Shown here one piece after another: positions 30,022 through 39,999 of a stretch of 64,000 nt of DNA. Every line of letters starts with the position of its first letter. The stretch's first letter is position 1. A model generated the notes under the pieces. The model saw only the letters and a program-made list of their open reading frames with translations. It searched no databases and was not told the DNA's origin. The translations under genes and the position numbers were made by a program. This DNA comes from an uncultured Bdellovibrionales bacterium. Lineage in GTDB: Bacteria > Bdellovibrionota_C > UBA2361 > CAIXSY01. The stretch lies in the NCBI GenBank assembly GCA_964510065.1, contig CAZEAC010000010.1, positions 2,074 to 66,073 of the forward strand, read 5' to 3'.

Positions 30022-30051
30022 AAAAAGGGGAAAGTTGTGACTGTCACGCTT

Positions 30052-30486
30052 TTATTTCTTAGTTCCGCCGCTAGAGCCGCCGCCCGCTCCGGGAAAAGAG
30101 AGTGCTTGAGTGTTGAGGACACCGCTTCCACATGCAGTCATAAAACTTTTCAAGGTTCTTATAAGGGACACAAAAGCGCGGCCGTCAGCGAGCAATTTTT
30201 TTATCTTTTGCAGCTTTGCGCCGCGAGCATTTCGCTTAAGATTGCGCAGTTTTGATAGCGCTTTGCGAAGTTTCGAGAGATTTTTATTTGCTTCGCGAGT
30301 GCCCTGCGCCACTGTTCTGTCCTGGTGGCTTCCATCGGAGTAGTAGGTGGTCAGGTAATTGCCCGCACTGCTCACCACACAATTAAGACCGGTGTTAGAG
30401 AACTGCACATAGCCATCGGCGAAGGCAGGGGCGACCTGAACAGCTACCGCAAAAAGCAGCGTACAAAGAAATCCTTTTCTCTTCAT
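30052..30486 (-). CDS. small secreted hypothetical protein with a Gly-rich C-terminus
   Basis: Signal peptide MKRKGFLCTLLFAVAVQVAPAFA. Confidence 0.45.
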   Translation of the reverse strand: MKRKGFLCTLLFAVAVQVAPAFADGYVQFSNTGLNCVVSSAGNYLTTYYSDGSHQDRTVAQGTREANKNLSKLRKALSKLRNLKRNARGAKLQKIKKLLADGRAFVSLIRTLKSFMTACGSGVLNTQALSFPGAGGGSSGGTKK

Positions 30487-30743
30487 CCTTCGGAAACTAG
30501 CACAGCTTCGATGTTCTATTCAACGCTTTCAAGCTTGCCTTGGCCATTCGGTTGAACTGGAGAAAGCTGTTAAACCCCCGATACCATCGATCTTTTGAGC
30601 ACCTGTCCTATGCGAACGTACCAGGGGGGCTGCCTAAGTGAGAGGTATCAGAACAGAAATTCTATTGGGCTACGTAAACGTACGGTGCTATCTATGAACT
30701 TGGCCTGTAATGATTTCTTCGTTACACAAGGAGTAAGCGAAAC

Positions 30744-31265
30744 ATGATTAGCACGGAGCGAATGCGATTAAATGACAGCTATGGCTCAGTAGTTGAAGAT
30801 TGTCGAGGGGTGGAAACGGGGTCAAAGCTTGGCGAGAACATTGCGTATGCGTGTGTTCGCGCAATTCATTTTTTGACAAGAACTGGATCGCCGCCCTTGT
30901 TGCCAAGAGATTGTGCGGAAAGGGTTGCCGAGCGATTTGATAAGCTAGAAGTTGGTGAACAGGAAGCATTGCTCCGCGCAGTAACAAAAGCGGTGGTTGG
31001 AGCAATGGGCCCGCACCCAATAACTTTGCGTGACGAGTGTGTTCTTTTTGCGGAAGCTGCGCTGGAAGCACTTCAAGCACAACCAAAACTTGCGATTCGG
31101 AACTTGTCTCCTGAAGAGAGAGCATTTCTCCGCACCTGGCTTTCGGGTGTCTGTGCCGGAGTAGAGCTCTCTCAGGAAGTTGCGCAGATCCGGAATCGGG
31201 CGGTGAGAGGCAGGGATAGAGAGACTGATTGGCCGTCGATGCCGCGCGGGTTTCGCCAGATTTAG
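30744..31265 (+). CDS. hypothetical protein (173 aa)
   Basis: ORF only. Confidence 0.4.
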   Translation: MISTERMRLNDSYGSVVEDCRGVETGSKLGENIAYACVRAIHFLTRTGSPPLLPRDCAERVAERFDKLEVGEQEALLRAVTKAVVGAMGPHPITLRDECVLFAEAALEALQAQPKLAIRNLSPEERAFLRTWLSGVCAGVELSQEVAQIRNRAVRGRDRETDWPSMPRGFRQI

Positions 31266-33115
31266 TTCCCGAGTACTATCTTTAACACGTCATCCCCATA
31301 CTTTCGAAGCTTGCTTTCGCCGACTCCGCTTATCTTTGAAAGAGCCTGTTTGTTTTGTGGCTTGGCGGCAGCGATCTGTTGAAGGGTTGCGTCATGAAAA
31401 ATTACGTACGCTGGTAAACCGAGCGATTCTGCGGTATTTCGACGCCAACTTCGTAGCTCTTCGAAGAGCGAAGTATCGTAGTCGACAGCTCCGGTTGCTT
31501 TCTTCTGCTTCTGGCGCTTCTCCCTGTCGAGTTTCGCCGTAAATATCGGCTTTCGAAGCATCACCGCTTCTTTGCTCTTAAGTACACGCTGTCCAGCAGG
31601 CGTGAGGGAGATTACGTTGAAGTGCTCGACCTCCTGCTTCCAAAGTCCCAGTCGAAGAAGCTCCTTACCATAAAAGAGCCACTCGGCGCGGCCATGCTCC
31701 TTGCCGATTCCGTAAGTGGAAAGTTCTTGATGGTCCCACTTCCGAACTTTTTCATTGTCGGCGCCGCAGATCACATCGACGATATGTTGTAAGCCAACTC
31801 GAAATCCGCTCTGCCTCTCGATGCGCACTGCGCACGAGAGAAGTTTTAGCGCTTCGGTTGCAGCATCAAAAGTCTCACGTGGGGTAAGACAGTTATCACA
31901 GGCCCCGCATTGCACACGCGCATCGCCATGTTCGTCTTTGTACGTTTCCCCGAAGTATCCCAGCAAGCTCACTCTCCGGCACTGTGCGCCTTCGCAATAT
32001 TCAAGAAGTGCCGCAAGCTGGCGCTTGGCGACCATGCGCTCGTGATCATCGCTCATTTGCTCGATAAAGTGATGAATTTTTGCGGCATCTCCAGGGCTGT
32101 AAAGTAATAGGCATTCGCTCGGTGCTCCGTCGCGCCCGGCGCGTCCGGTCTCTTGGTAGTAGCTTTCAATGTTCTTGGGTAGGTCGTGATGAATCACGTA
32201 GCGTACATCCGGTTTATCAACTCCCATGCCGAACGCCACGGTTGCGGTAATGATCGAAACATCATCACGAATAAAACGCTCCTGACGCTTGTCGCGCTCG
32301 GCCGCGTCGAGGCCAGCGTGATAGGCAAGGGTCTTGTGACCACGCGCAGTCAACTCTTTGGCTAGCTCTTCTGTGCGCTTGCGCGACATGCAGTAGATAA
32401 TGCCGCTTTCGCCTTTATGTTCCTCAATGGTGTCGGTTATCTGCCGCACCGCATTGGCCTTGGGGAGTACCCGGTATGACAGGTTGGGCCGGTTAAAACT
32501 CGCCACAAAAACGCGTGGCTTGTGAAGACCGAGCTGCGAGATAATGTCGTCACGAACTCGTGGCGTTGCCGTCGCGGTAAGCGCCATGAGCGGGACCTTT
32601 GGAAAGCGATCGCGAAGAGTGGCCAGTTTTCGATATTCTGGTCGAAAATCGTGTCCCCATTCGGAAATACAGTGCGCTTCATCGATTGCGATAAGCGCTG
32701 GATTCCATCGAGCGAGCTGATCGAGCATGCCGTCGAGTAAAAGTCTTTCGGGTGCGAGGTAGAGGATCTTGTAGCCCCCCTGGTGAAGTTTTCTCCAGCG
32801 CTCACTGCTTTGCTCGTCCGAAAGCGAGGAGTTAAGCTGCGTCGCGGCGATGCCGGCTTCGGCGAGACCGTCGACCTGATCTTTCATAAGCGCAATAAGC
32901 GGCGAGACGACGACAGTAAGCCCCTCGCGCGCAAGTGCGCTCAATTGATAGCACAGTGATTTCCCCGCTCCGGTCGGAAGCAACGCCACGACGTCTTCGT
33001 TTGACAGGGACGCTTCGATAATTTCTCGCTGCAACTCTCGAAAACTAGAGTAACCGAAATAGGTTTGGAGTAGGGACTCTAAGGGAGCTGATGTTGCTGC
33101 CAAGGTATCAGTCAT
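31262..33115 (-). CDS. recQ: ATP-dependent DNA helicase RecQ
   Basis: LQTYFGYSSFRELQREII, LPTGAGKSLCYQLSAL (Walker A) and IAIDEAHCISEWGHDFRPEY (DEAH) are present. A C-terminal HRDC-like region is present. Start at MTDTL (the ORF track extends to 33199 and would include the palindromic element). Confidence 0.9.
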   Translation of the reverse strand: MTDTLAATSAPLESLLQTYFGYSSFRELQREIIEASLSNEDVVALLPTGAGKSLCYQLSALAREGLTVVVSPLIALMKDQVDGLAEAGIAATQLNSSLSDEQSSERWRKLHQGGYKILYLAPERLLLDGMLDQLARWNPALIAIDEAHCISEWGHDFRPEYRKLATLRDRFPKVPLMALTATATPRVRDDIISQLGLHKPRVFVASFNRPNLSYRVLPKANAVRQITDTIEEHKGESGIIYCMSRKRTEELAKELTARGHKTLAYHAGLDAAERDKRQERFIRDDVSIITATVAFGMGVDKPDVRYVIHHDLPKNIESYYQETGRAGRDGAPSECLLLYSPGDAAKIHHFIEQMSDDHERMVAKRQLAALLEYCEGAQCRRVSLLGYFGETYKDEHGDARVQCGACDNCLTPRETFDAATEALKLLSCAVRIERQSGFRVGLQHIVDVICGADNEKVRKWDHQELSTYGIGKEHGRAEWLFYGKELLRLGLWKQEVEHFNVISLTPAGQRVLKSKEAVMLRKPIFTAKLDREKRQKQKKATGAVDYDTSLFEELRSWRRNTAESLGLPAYVIFHDATLQQIAAAKPQNKQALSKISGVGESKLRKYGDDVLKIVLGN

Positions 33116-33157
33116 AGGACGTGGGCAGAGAGTAATGTAACGAAGGTGCGACTGTCT

Positions 33158-33206
33158 ACTCTGCGACCTCCGTGTCTCTGTGGTTTTTAAGGTATTCAAA
33201 CCACAG
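33158..33206. repeat. palindromic element, copy 2 (CTCCGTGTCTCTGTGGTTT...AAACCACAGAGACACAGAG; one mismatch)
   Basis: Same core as 3618-3674. Lies upstream of recQ, between recQ and the divergent HEAT-repeat gene. Confidence 0.8.
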
Positions 33207-33346
33207 AGACACAGAGGGTGCAGAGTTAGTGTAAGAATACCCGGGATTGATGAGTCATTACCCGCCTACTCACTAACTGTTTAGTATCATTGTCTTTTTA
33301 ATCCGCACGCTACTGCGGCAAAATCGCATAACATTAGGGAATACGC

Positions 33347-33748
33347 GTGGTGGAGGGTGTCGGTATGAGTTCTTCTTCAGCTTGTGATCTTCGAGGTCTC
33401 TCAAGTCCAGATACAGACACCCGTGTCTCCGCAGTGCGTAGCTTACTCGGCAGCAGCGTGCCCTCCGAGCGCCAGCTTATTTGCCAAGCGCTTCGCGATC
33501 GGCGTTATCAGGTTCGGCTTGCGGCCGCCGAAGCGTTAGTAAATGTCACTGAGCCGGAGATTATCGACGCTCTTATTATGGGCCTCGATGATTGGAACAA
33601 TCATGTTCGCGCGGCTTGCGCGCTTGCGCTGGTTGGAGTTTCCGATCATCGTGCAATAAAGGCTCTTTATGAAGGCTTCCGCGATGACGATCATGAAGTC
33701 CGTGCGGCCTGCGCCCGAGCAATAGGGGCGCTTCCCAAAGCTGCCTAG
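33347..33748 (+). CDS. HEAT/PBS-lyase repeat protein
   Basis: Repeated D.RVRAAA.EALG..-type units (RRYQVRLAAAEALVNV, NNHVRAACALALVGV, DHEVRAACARAIGAL). Confidence 0.65.
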   Translation: MVEGVGMSSSSACDLRGLSSPDTDTRVSAVRSLLGSSVPSERQLICQALRDRRYQVRLAAAEALVNVTEPEIIDALIMGLDDWNNHVRAACALALVGVSDHRAIKALYEGFRDDDHEVRAACARAIGALPKAA

Positions 33749-33994
33749 TTTGCTGATATCACTGCGTGAGGCAAGCAGTCAGCCAAACCGTGGCCGAAAT
33801 CGGCAAGTCCCCAGAAGTGCGCTAAGATTCAATAGTATCCCGGCTATGCTCATAACGGCTCATTTTGTGGGAATAGTTCTTGCAGCCTTTGATTTGAGCG
33901 AAGATTCGAATGGAGAGTTCTTGCAGCTACCTTTGGAAACGGTAATGCTATCAAAATATTACTGAAATTTTCTGCGAACGCGTAGAAGCATACC

Positions 33995-36001
33995 ATGCGG
34001 AGCGAGAGCAAAGTGAAGCCAACTGATAAAATTACAAATGAGGCAGGTTTTTTACGGAAGTATTTTCGTAGCTACGCAAGGTCTCTCTTAGTCGGAATTT
34101 TGGCAATTCTATTACCGTGTGCCTGCTTTGCCGCGGATTTTTTTATTGATGGACCAAACGGCGCATCCTCGGATTCAAATCCCGGGACTGAGGCGTTTCC
34201 ATGGCGAACGATAAGTAAAGCGAATAGCACGTTACGAGCTGGTGATACTGTTCATATCAAGGCGGGCACCTACAACTCGTATATTAATCCAGTTAATTCG
34301 GGTAATGCCACTTCGCGAATAACCTACAAAAGCTTTGTCAGGCCCGGGAGCAGCGCCGCTGATGAGGTTATAATTTCGAATACGCGCTACGCCATATTTT
34401 TTGATGGCAAGGACTATGTCACGGTCATTGGGATAAAAGCGACTTTATGCACGCAGTTTGTCGTTCTCACCAATCAGGCAAGTAACAACCAGATCATAGA
34501 TAGTAGCTTTTATATACCTTCGGACCCAAATCAGTGGCCCAATTCCTTCATTGCTCAGGGCTCGCAGTATAATCACCTCTTACGCGTTCGTTTTGAACGG
34601 GGTGGTTTTTGCCGAAGTAGCGATCATGAAGATCAAGGAGCAGTGCTTGATATTGGAGATGAATCAAGCATAGATCTCACCCGCTTCAATCTTATTGAGA
34701 ATAGCGAGTTCTACCATGGTGGGCACCATGTCATCGGACTGTATGGTGAATCGAATACCTTCCGAAATAATTACCTGCATAATGAAAATTGGGCCGACGG
34801 AATTAGCACCTCCGATAAGCGCGGAAATCGAGCCCTCTATCTTAATGGGCAAGAGGGCAATACGGGAAAAAATCTAATCGAGGGAAATCGCTTCGGATAT
34901 TCGGGAAAGCCATGTGATTATGACAATCCTGACGGAAGCAATCGCTACGGGCCCTCAGGCATCGTTGCGATTTCAACTCCGCAGAATATTTTCCGTTACA
35001 ATAGTGTTTACTACGGTTTTGCGTACGGCGTTGGCACCAGCGCTTATTCTGGTTATACAGCCGGACGACAAAATCGATTTTATCACAACACTTTTTTTGC
35101 GAATGGGCACAACATCCCTTCGGCGTATTTGGGAGGCGGTGAGGACTGCGCCTTCCAATTTCGAAAGGTGACAAATGTCGAAAATGTGTTGGTTTCTAAC
35201 CTTTTCTTCTCACATCGAAATCTCTATCGCTACCATGAGTCGGCTGTCGCCTCGACGCAAGGCTTCGTCAACAACTACAATGGAGACAGCCAAGGCGATC
35301 CGCGCTTCGTCGGTAACCCGAGTATCGATCCACCCACGGACGTCTCAGGATATGATTTTAGAAATCAGGCTGCTCCCGATCTGCGCCTGACTCTGACGAG
35401 CCCCGCGAAGAATTTTGGGCCGGTGGCTACCACGGTGTCGTCTACTGATTCAGGGGCGGGCGTTTCTCTCCTTGTCACAGATGCCGCCAAACTTGGTGCC
35501 GTCGCGGCTGCGCCCGCTGGGCTTCTGCAACCACTTTGGATCGCGGTCGGATCGGAGAGTAATGTGGGCCAGATCGCATCAATTTCGGGCAATACTGTGA
35601 CGCTTCGATCCGCAGTGTCTCGGACGGCGGGTGCTTCTATCTGGATTTTAAAAAACCTGACTACGGTCGCGGCTGCCGACTCGGGAGCAGGTCTCACGCT
35701 TGTTCTTGCTGATGCCAGCTATTTTCAGGATGGCACCAAAGCGCCGCCGGGTACTGTTGAGGCCGATTGGATATCGGTTGGGACTAAAGCGAACCATGTA
35801 CAGATTACTCAGATTTCTGGAAACACAGTGACTTTGTCGCAATCGATAACCCGAAATGACAATGATCCAGTCTGGCTCTTTAAGAAGTCAGACGGCGAGC
35901 AGGTCTTTCAAGGTTCAGCTCCTGATGCCGGTGCTTTTGAATACTCTGAAGATTCTACGCCAGGAACACCTGCTGCGCCGCAGAATTTGAAGGTCAATTA
36001 G
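33995..36001 (+). CDS. secreted or anchored right-handed parallel beta-helix (pectate-lyase-fold, DUF1565-like) protein with a C-terminal tandem ~75-aa duplication
   Basis: N-terminal hydrophobic anchor. DGPNGASSDSNPGTEAFPWRTISKANSTLRAGDTVHIKAGTY is typical of beta-helix proteins. Two repeats of SGAG.(S/T)L.(V/L).DA...ISGNTVTL....R.....W(I/L)(L/F)K. Confidence 0.6.
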   Translation: MRSESKVKPTDKITNEAGFLRKYFRSYARSLLVGILAILLPCACFAADFFIDGPNGASSDSNPGTEAFPWRTISKANSTLRAGDTVHIKAGTYNSYINPVNSGNATSRITYKSFVRPGSSAADEVIISNTRYAIFFDGKDYVTVIGIKATLCTQFVVLTNQASNNQIIDSSFYIPSDPNQWPNSFIAQGSQYNHLLRVRFERGGFCRSSDHEDQGAVLDIGDESSIDLTRFNLIENSEFYHGGHHVIGLYGESNTFRNNYLHNENWADGISTSDKRGNRALYLNGQEGNTGKNLIEGNRFGYSGKPCDYDNPDGSNRYGPSGIVAISTPQNIFRYNSVYYGFAYGVGTSAYSGYTAGRQNRFYHNTFFANGHNIPSAYLGGGEDCAFQFRKVTNVENVLVSNLFFSHRNLYRYHESAVASTQGFVNNYNGDSQGDPRFVGNPSIDPPTDVSGYDFRNQAAPDLRLTLTSPAKNFGPVATTVSSTDSGAGVSLLVTDAAKLGAVAAAPAGLLQPLWIAVGSESNVGQIASISGNTVTLRSAVSRTAGASIWILKNLTTVAAADSGAGLTLVLADASYFQDGTKAPPGTVEADWISVGTKANHVQITQISGNTVTLSQSITRNDNDPVWLFKKSDGEQVFQGSAPDAGAFEYSEDSTPGTPAAPQNLKVN

Positions 36002-36112
36002 TAGCGCTTGCTGTGCTGTCGCGGATGAAAGCGCAGTTAAGCTGCTTTGCCTTTGGGATCGAAGGTGCCGCTGCTCAAGCTTGAAGGCTCGTCACTAATT
36101 CAATGTCAGGGC

Positions 36113-36985
36113 TCAATAATTCTGCTCTTCGAGAAGCTTGAGTAGGTAGCGTCCGTATGAGTTATTCTTGTAACTGAGCCCGATCTTCTGTACTTCCGCG
36201 CTTGTGATGTAGCCTTGCCGCCAGGCGATCTCTTCGAGACAGGCAACCACCAGGCCTTGGCGCTCCTCGATGGTTTGAATAAACACGGAGGCTTGAAGTA
36301 GCGATTCGTGTGTTCCGGTGTCGAGCCAGTCAATTCCACGCCCCAGCTTTTCAACGGCAAGCTTTTTCTTTGTAAGGTATGCACGATTGACATCAGTGAT
36401 TTCGAGCTCACCTCGTGGCGAAGGCTTCAATTCGGCGGCAATTCTTACTACATCGTTATCGTAAAAATAAATTCCGGTCACGGCATAGGGCGAACGGGGC
36501 TGTGGTGGTTTCTCTACGATATCTATCGGTTCACCTTTCTCGTTGAATTCGACGACGCCGTAACGCTCGGGATCGCGGACGATATAGCCGAAAATAGTCG
36601 CCCCTTCTTTTCGTGCGGCGCCCCGGCGAAGCGATTCGGGAAAACCATGACCAAAAAAGATATTGTCACCAAGCGCTAAGCTTACCGAGTCCTTACCGAT
36701 AAACTCTTTACCGATAATAAACGCCTGCGCCAGCCCATCAGGACTAGGCTGTACCGCGTACGAAAAGTTCAGGCCCCAGGTCTTGCCATCGCCTAACAGC
36801 CGTACAAAAGCTTCCTGTTCGTGTGGTGTAGTAATTATAAGAATATCGCGAATTCCGGCGAGCATGAGGCTCGAGAGCGGATAATAAATCATCGGCTTGT
36901 TGTAGACAGGCACAAGCTGCTTGCTCACCGCTTTGGTGATTGGATGAAGCCGAGTTCCGGTACCGCCGGCGAGTATTATTCCTTT
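36113..36985 (-). CDS. rmlA: glucose-1-phosphate thymidylyltransferase
   Basis: [52 protein letters not shown] is nearly canonical RmlA/RfbA. Confidence 0.9.
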   Translation of the reverse strand, partial: KGIILAGGTGTRLHPITKAVSKQLVPVYNKPMIYYPLSSLMLAGIRDILIITTPHEQEAFVRLLGDGKTWGLNFSYAVQPSPDGLAQAFIIGKEFIGKDSVSLALGDNIFFGHGFPESLRRGAARKEGATIFGYIVRDPERYGVVEFNEKGEPIDIVEKPPQPRSPYAVTGIYFYDNDVVRIAAELKPSPRGELEITDVNRAYLTKKKLAVEKLGRGIDWLDTGTHESLLQASVFIQTIEERQGLVVACLEEIAWRQGYITSAEVQKIGLSYKNNSYGRYLLKLLEEQNY

Positions 36986-37071
36986 CATGTCGGTATAATC
37001 TGTCAAACTAGCGTAATTTTGCAAGGCGCGCTACGCTGCTTCGGTGCTAATTTCATCGAGATAATCTTCTC

Positions 37072-38037
37072 ATGTTTATTTCAATACTACTTATACTCTT
37101 AGGTTTGGTCCTTCTCGCTGGCGGAGGTGAACTACTGGTTCGCGGCGCAGTTGGAATTGCTCGGCGCCTTGGTCTTTCGGCGGCAGTCATTGGGCTTACT
37201 GTGGTTGCGGCGGGCACCTCAGTTCCGGAATTGGCCGTCAGCGCGCTTTCGGCGATGCAAGACAAGACAGATCTTGCGATTGGCAATGTAGTAGGGTCGA
37301 ACATTTTTAATATTACCTTTATTATGGGAATTGCCGCGCTTCTCACCCCGCTTGCAATTACACATGGAATGATTCGTCTAGAGTACCCTGTGATGCTGTT
37401 CGCGAGCTTTCTCGCTGTCTTTACTTTCTACGACGGAGTGTTTGACCGGAGCGAGGCGGCGCTTTTTGTCGGGTTCTACGTTATGTTTACTGCTTACTTG
37501 GTGAGGCTTGTTAGGAAGGAGCAGACGAGCAAGGATGCGGCCGAGCTCAGGGGCGAATTCGAGACTCTCGAGCGTCCGCTAGAGAGCGATCTTTCTCTAG
37601 GCCGTGCTCTTTTTTTGGTCCTTACGGGCGTGCTCTTGCTTGCCGGTGGCGCTGAACTCACAGTTCGTGGTGCGGTTGAGATCGCGCGCGTATTAGGGAT
37701 GTCCGAGCGAGTTATTGGTCTTACCATTGTCGCTTGTGGAACGTCTCTTCCTGAAGTCATAACTTCGATTGTCTCTGGGATTCGCGGTCGCGATGATATC
37801 GCAGTAGCAAACGTAGTTGGATCAAATCTCTTCAATATTCTTGTGATTTTGGGAATCTCCGGATTAGTTCACCCATTACAAGTTGCGCCGCAAACTCAGA
37901 ACGCTGATGTATATTGGATGCTCGGAACGGCTTTGTTGGCTTTTCCACTGCTGGTAAGTGGCAAAAAAGTAACCCGTGCCGAAGGTGCATTACTCATTGT
38001 TGTATTCTTTAGTTATATCTTTTGGGTGTTGCAGTGA
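37072..38037 (+). CDS. Ca2+/cation antiporter (CaCA family, YrbG-like)
   Basis: Two alpha-repeat regions with GTSVPELAVS / GTSLPEVITS and GSNIFNI / GSNLFNI motifs. About 10 TM helices. Confidence 0.8.
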   Translation: MFISILLILLGLVLLAGGGELLVRGAVGIARRLGLSAAVIGLTVVAAGTSVPELAVSALSAMQDKTDLAIGNVVGSNIFNITFIMGIAALLTPLAITHGMIRLEYPVMLFASFLAVFTFYDGVFDRSEAALFVGFYVMFTAYLVRLVRKEQTSKDAAELRGEFETLERPLESDLSLGRALFLVLTGVLLLAGGAELTVRGAVEIARVLGMSERVIGLTIVACGTSLPEVITSIVSGIRGRDDIAVANVVGSNLFNILVILGISGLVHPLQVAPQTQNADVYWMLGTALLAFPLLVSGKKVTRAEGALLIVVFFSYIFWVLQ

Positions 38038-38903
38038 GCGCGGACAATCGGTGTAGCGTAGGTAAGTTTCTTGCTGAAATACGCGCAGAACCGAATACTT
38101 CCGCAATATCTGAACTTGATGTCGCGCTTTTGATCGAAAAAGTCACGGGGTGGACAAGGCTTGATCAAATAGCCTATCCGGAGCGTGAGATTCAAAGTGA
38201 AGCGGTAGGCCAATTGCGCGAGCTTATACGGCTCCGAAAGTCCGGGACCCCGCTTGCCTATCTCACGGGCAACCGCGAATTTTGGGGTTTGGACTTCAAG
38301 GTTAGTGAAGCCGTACTAATTCCACGCCCCGAGACAGAGCTTATAGTTGAGCTTTGCGTGAAATTTCTTATGCAGACTTCCGAGCCAACGTTGGGCCTCG
38401 ATTGCGGAACCGGGTCTGGTTGTATTGCGATCTCAATTCTTCACGAGACTAAGCGACGTCAGACTGTACGAATGCTTGCGCTCGACCTGTCACAAGCCGC
38501 ACTTGTGCTTGCCCGTAAGAATGCAGAAGTCCATCAGGTGCTCAATCAAGTGTCGTTTCTTCGCTCGAACTGGTGCGAAGCCCTTTCCGAAAAAAGTAGA
38601 TTCGATTTTATCGTAAGTAATCCGCCCTATATTGCGGATGGCGATCCAAACGTCTCGGAAGATACCCACGCTGAACCACGCCATGCGCTCTATTCCGGTG
38701 CACGTGGAACTGAAGCGTTAGAGCTGCTTTTTGCGCAGTGCGAAAAGCGTCTCAAGGTAGGCGGCGCTGCCTTTCTTGAATGCGGCGCGATGCAGGGCGA
38801 AGAGCTTCTAAGGTATGCTCGAACATTTTCGACGTTGCGCGCCACTGTGCACAAAGATCTCGCAGGGCTTGATCGAGTCGTTGAAATTAGAAAAATACGC
38901 TAA
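38022..38903 (+). CDS. prmC: release-factor glutamine methyltransferase PrmC/HemK
   Basis: FIVSNPPYI (NPPY), GTGSGCIAISI (SAM-binding glycine loop) and LIPRPETE are present. Confidence 0.8.
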   Translation: MGVAVSADNRCSVGKFLAEIRAEPNTSAISELDVALLIEKVTGWTRLDQIAYPEREIQSEAVGQLRELIRLRKSGTPLAYLTGNREFWGLDFKVSEAVLIPRPETELIVELCVKFLMQTSEPTLGLDCGTGSGCIAISILHETKRRQTVRMLALDLSQAALVLARKNAEVHQVLNQVSFLRSNWCEALSEKSRFDFIVSNPPYIADGDPNVSEDTHAEPRHALYSGARGTEALELLFAQCEKRLKVGGAAFLECGAMQGEELLRYARTFSTLRATVHKDLAGLDRVVEIRKIR

Positions 38904-39921
38904 GGCCCGAGCGAACTCTCCAAGCATTTTCAACGCTGCCACTTGCATCACCGCTTGAGTCTATCGCGAAATCGATACCAAGATTAAAGGCCCAAGAGTC
39001 TCCCGAGCTATAAATCACTTCGGGACCGACGAGTATAGTGTTATACGCCGAATCGTCCAATACAGCCCCGTTTTGCCTATCATGCGCTTTGCTTTCGCCC
39101 GAAAGCGCCGCGCGCAATGCCACCGAATTTTCATCCCATGTTGAGACAAAATACCCCGGGCCAACATCCCAAACATAATCATCGGCAAACTGGTAATTAA
39201 AACTGCCCTCGGTCCGTTTAGTGTATTGAAAGCTGCCCAGAAAAAACGCCCGATCATATCGCGCGAACGTGTGCGCGCCAAAAACATAGTCGTAAGAGCC
39301 CGATCCGGTGGTGAGCCCGCGACCAGAAACCCCTGCTGCAGGAGAGATCGGATGATGATGGGAGAGTATGTGATCATGTTCGTCCTCACCTTCATGGGCC
39401 TGTTCTTCGTTATGGCCGTCCTCTTCAGTGCGGGCGTTCTGGCTAAAGTTCGAGGCATCACCGGTTGGGAATTCAATTCCAGCGTACACGCCGGAAGAGA
39501 TCTTCAAGTTTGCGCCGTGATATGAGGGAAGCTTTGCCTTCGCGATGAGGGAAATATCGCTAAACCCCGACTCGGTCTCGTCACCGGCTTTGGCTCCGCT
39601 AAATTTATCGTAAAGATGGGGAATAGAAATGGCCGCACCCCAGAAATCGTCGGATTGATAGCCGATGGTGAGGTGGACGGTATTACTCCTTTCGACGCGC
39701 TCGGCGTCAGCCTCGTGGTCAGGACCAGCTTTAAAGTCATCGTACTGTTCGTTAACGGACGCGCTCCACGACTGTTTGCGCTGTGAGAGCAGCTCCGAAG
39801 CGCTAAAAAGCGCGCAGGGATCGCAGGCGTACGCACCTGCAGGAAAGATAGTGCCTATGCAAGCGCAACTTGAAAGAGACAAAAAAAGAAGTGAATGTTT
39901 GCGGCAATTCTTCGTCTTCAT
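38887..39921 (-). CDS. outer-membrane beta-barrel-like protein with a His/Glu-rich insert
   Basis: Signal peptide. C-terminal ...SGLSVFF (terminal Phe). Alternating amphipathic strands. HNEEQAHEGEDEHDHILSHHHP segment. Confidence 0.5.
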   Translation of the reverse strand: MKTKNCRKHSLLFLSLSSCACIGTIFPAGAYACDPCALFSASELLSQRKQSWSASVNEQYDDFKAGPDHEADAERVERSNTVHLTIGYQSDDFWGAAISIPHLYDKFSGAKAGDETESGFSDISLIAKAKLPSYHGANLKISSGVYAGIEFPTGDASNFSQNARTEEDGHNEEQAHEGEDEHDHILSHHHPISPAAGVSGRGLTTGSGSYDYVFGAHTFARYDRAFFLGSFQYTKRTEGSFNYQFADDYVWDVGPGYFVSTWDENSVALRAALSGESKAHDRQNGAVLDDSAYNTILVGPEVIYSSGDSWAFNLGIDFAIDSSGDASGSVENAWRVRSGLSVFF

Positions 39922-39999
39922 ATCCGTTAAATTCTATATTAATTTCGCGTAAAGTCGCAATTTCTCCCCAAAAAAAACATTCTGTGGTACAACGTCTCA

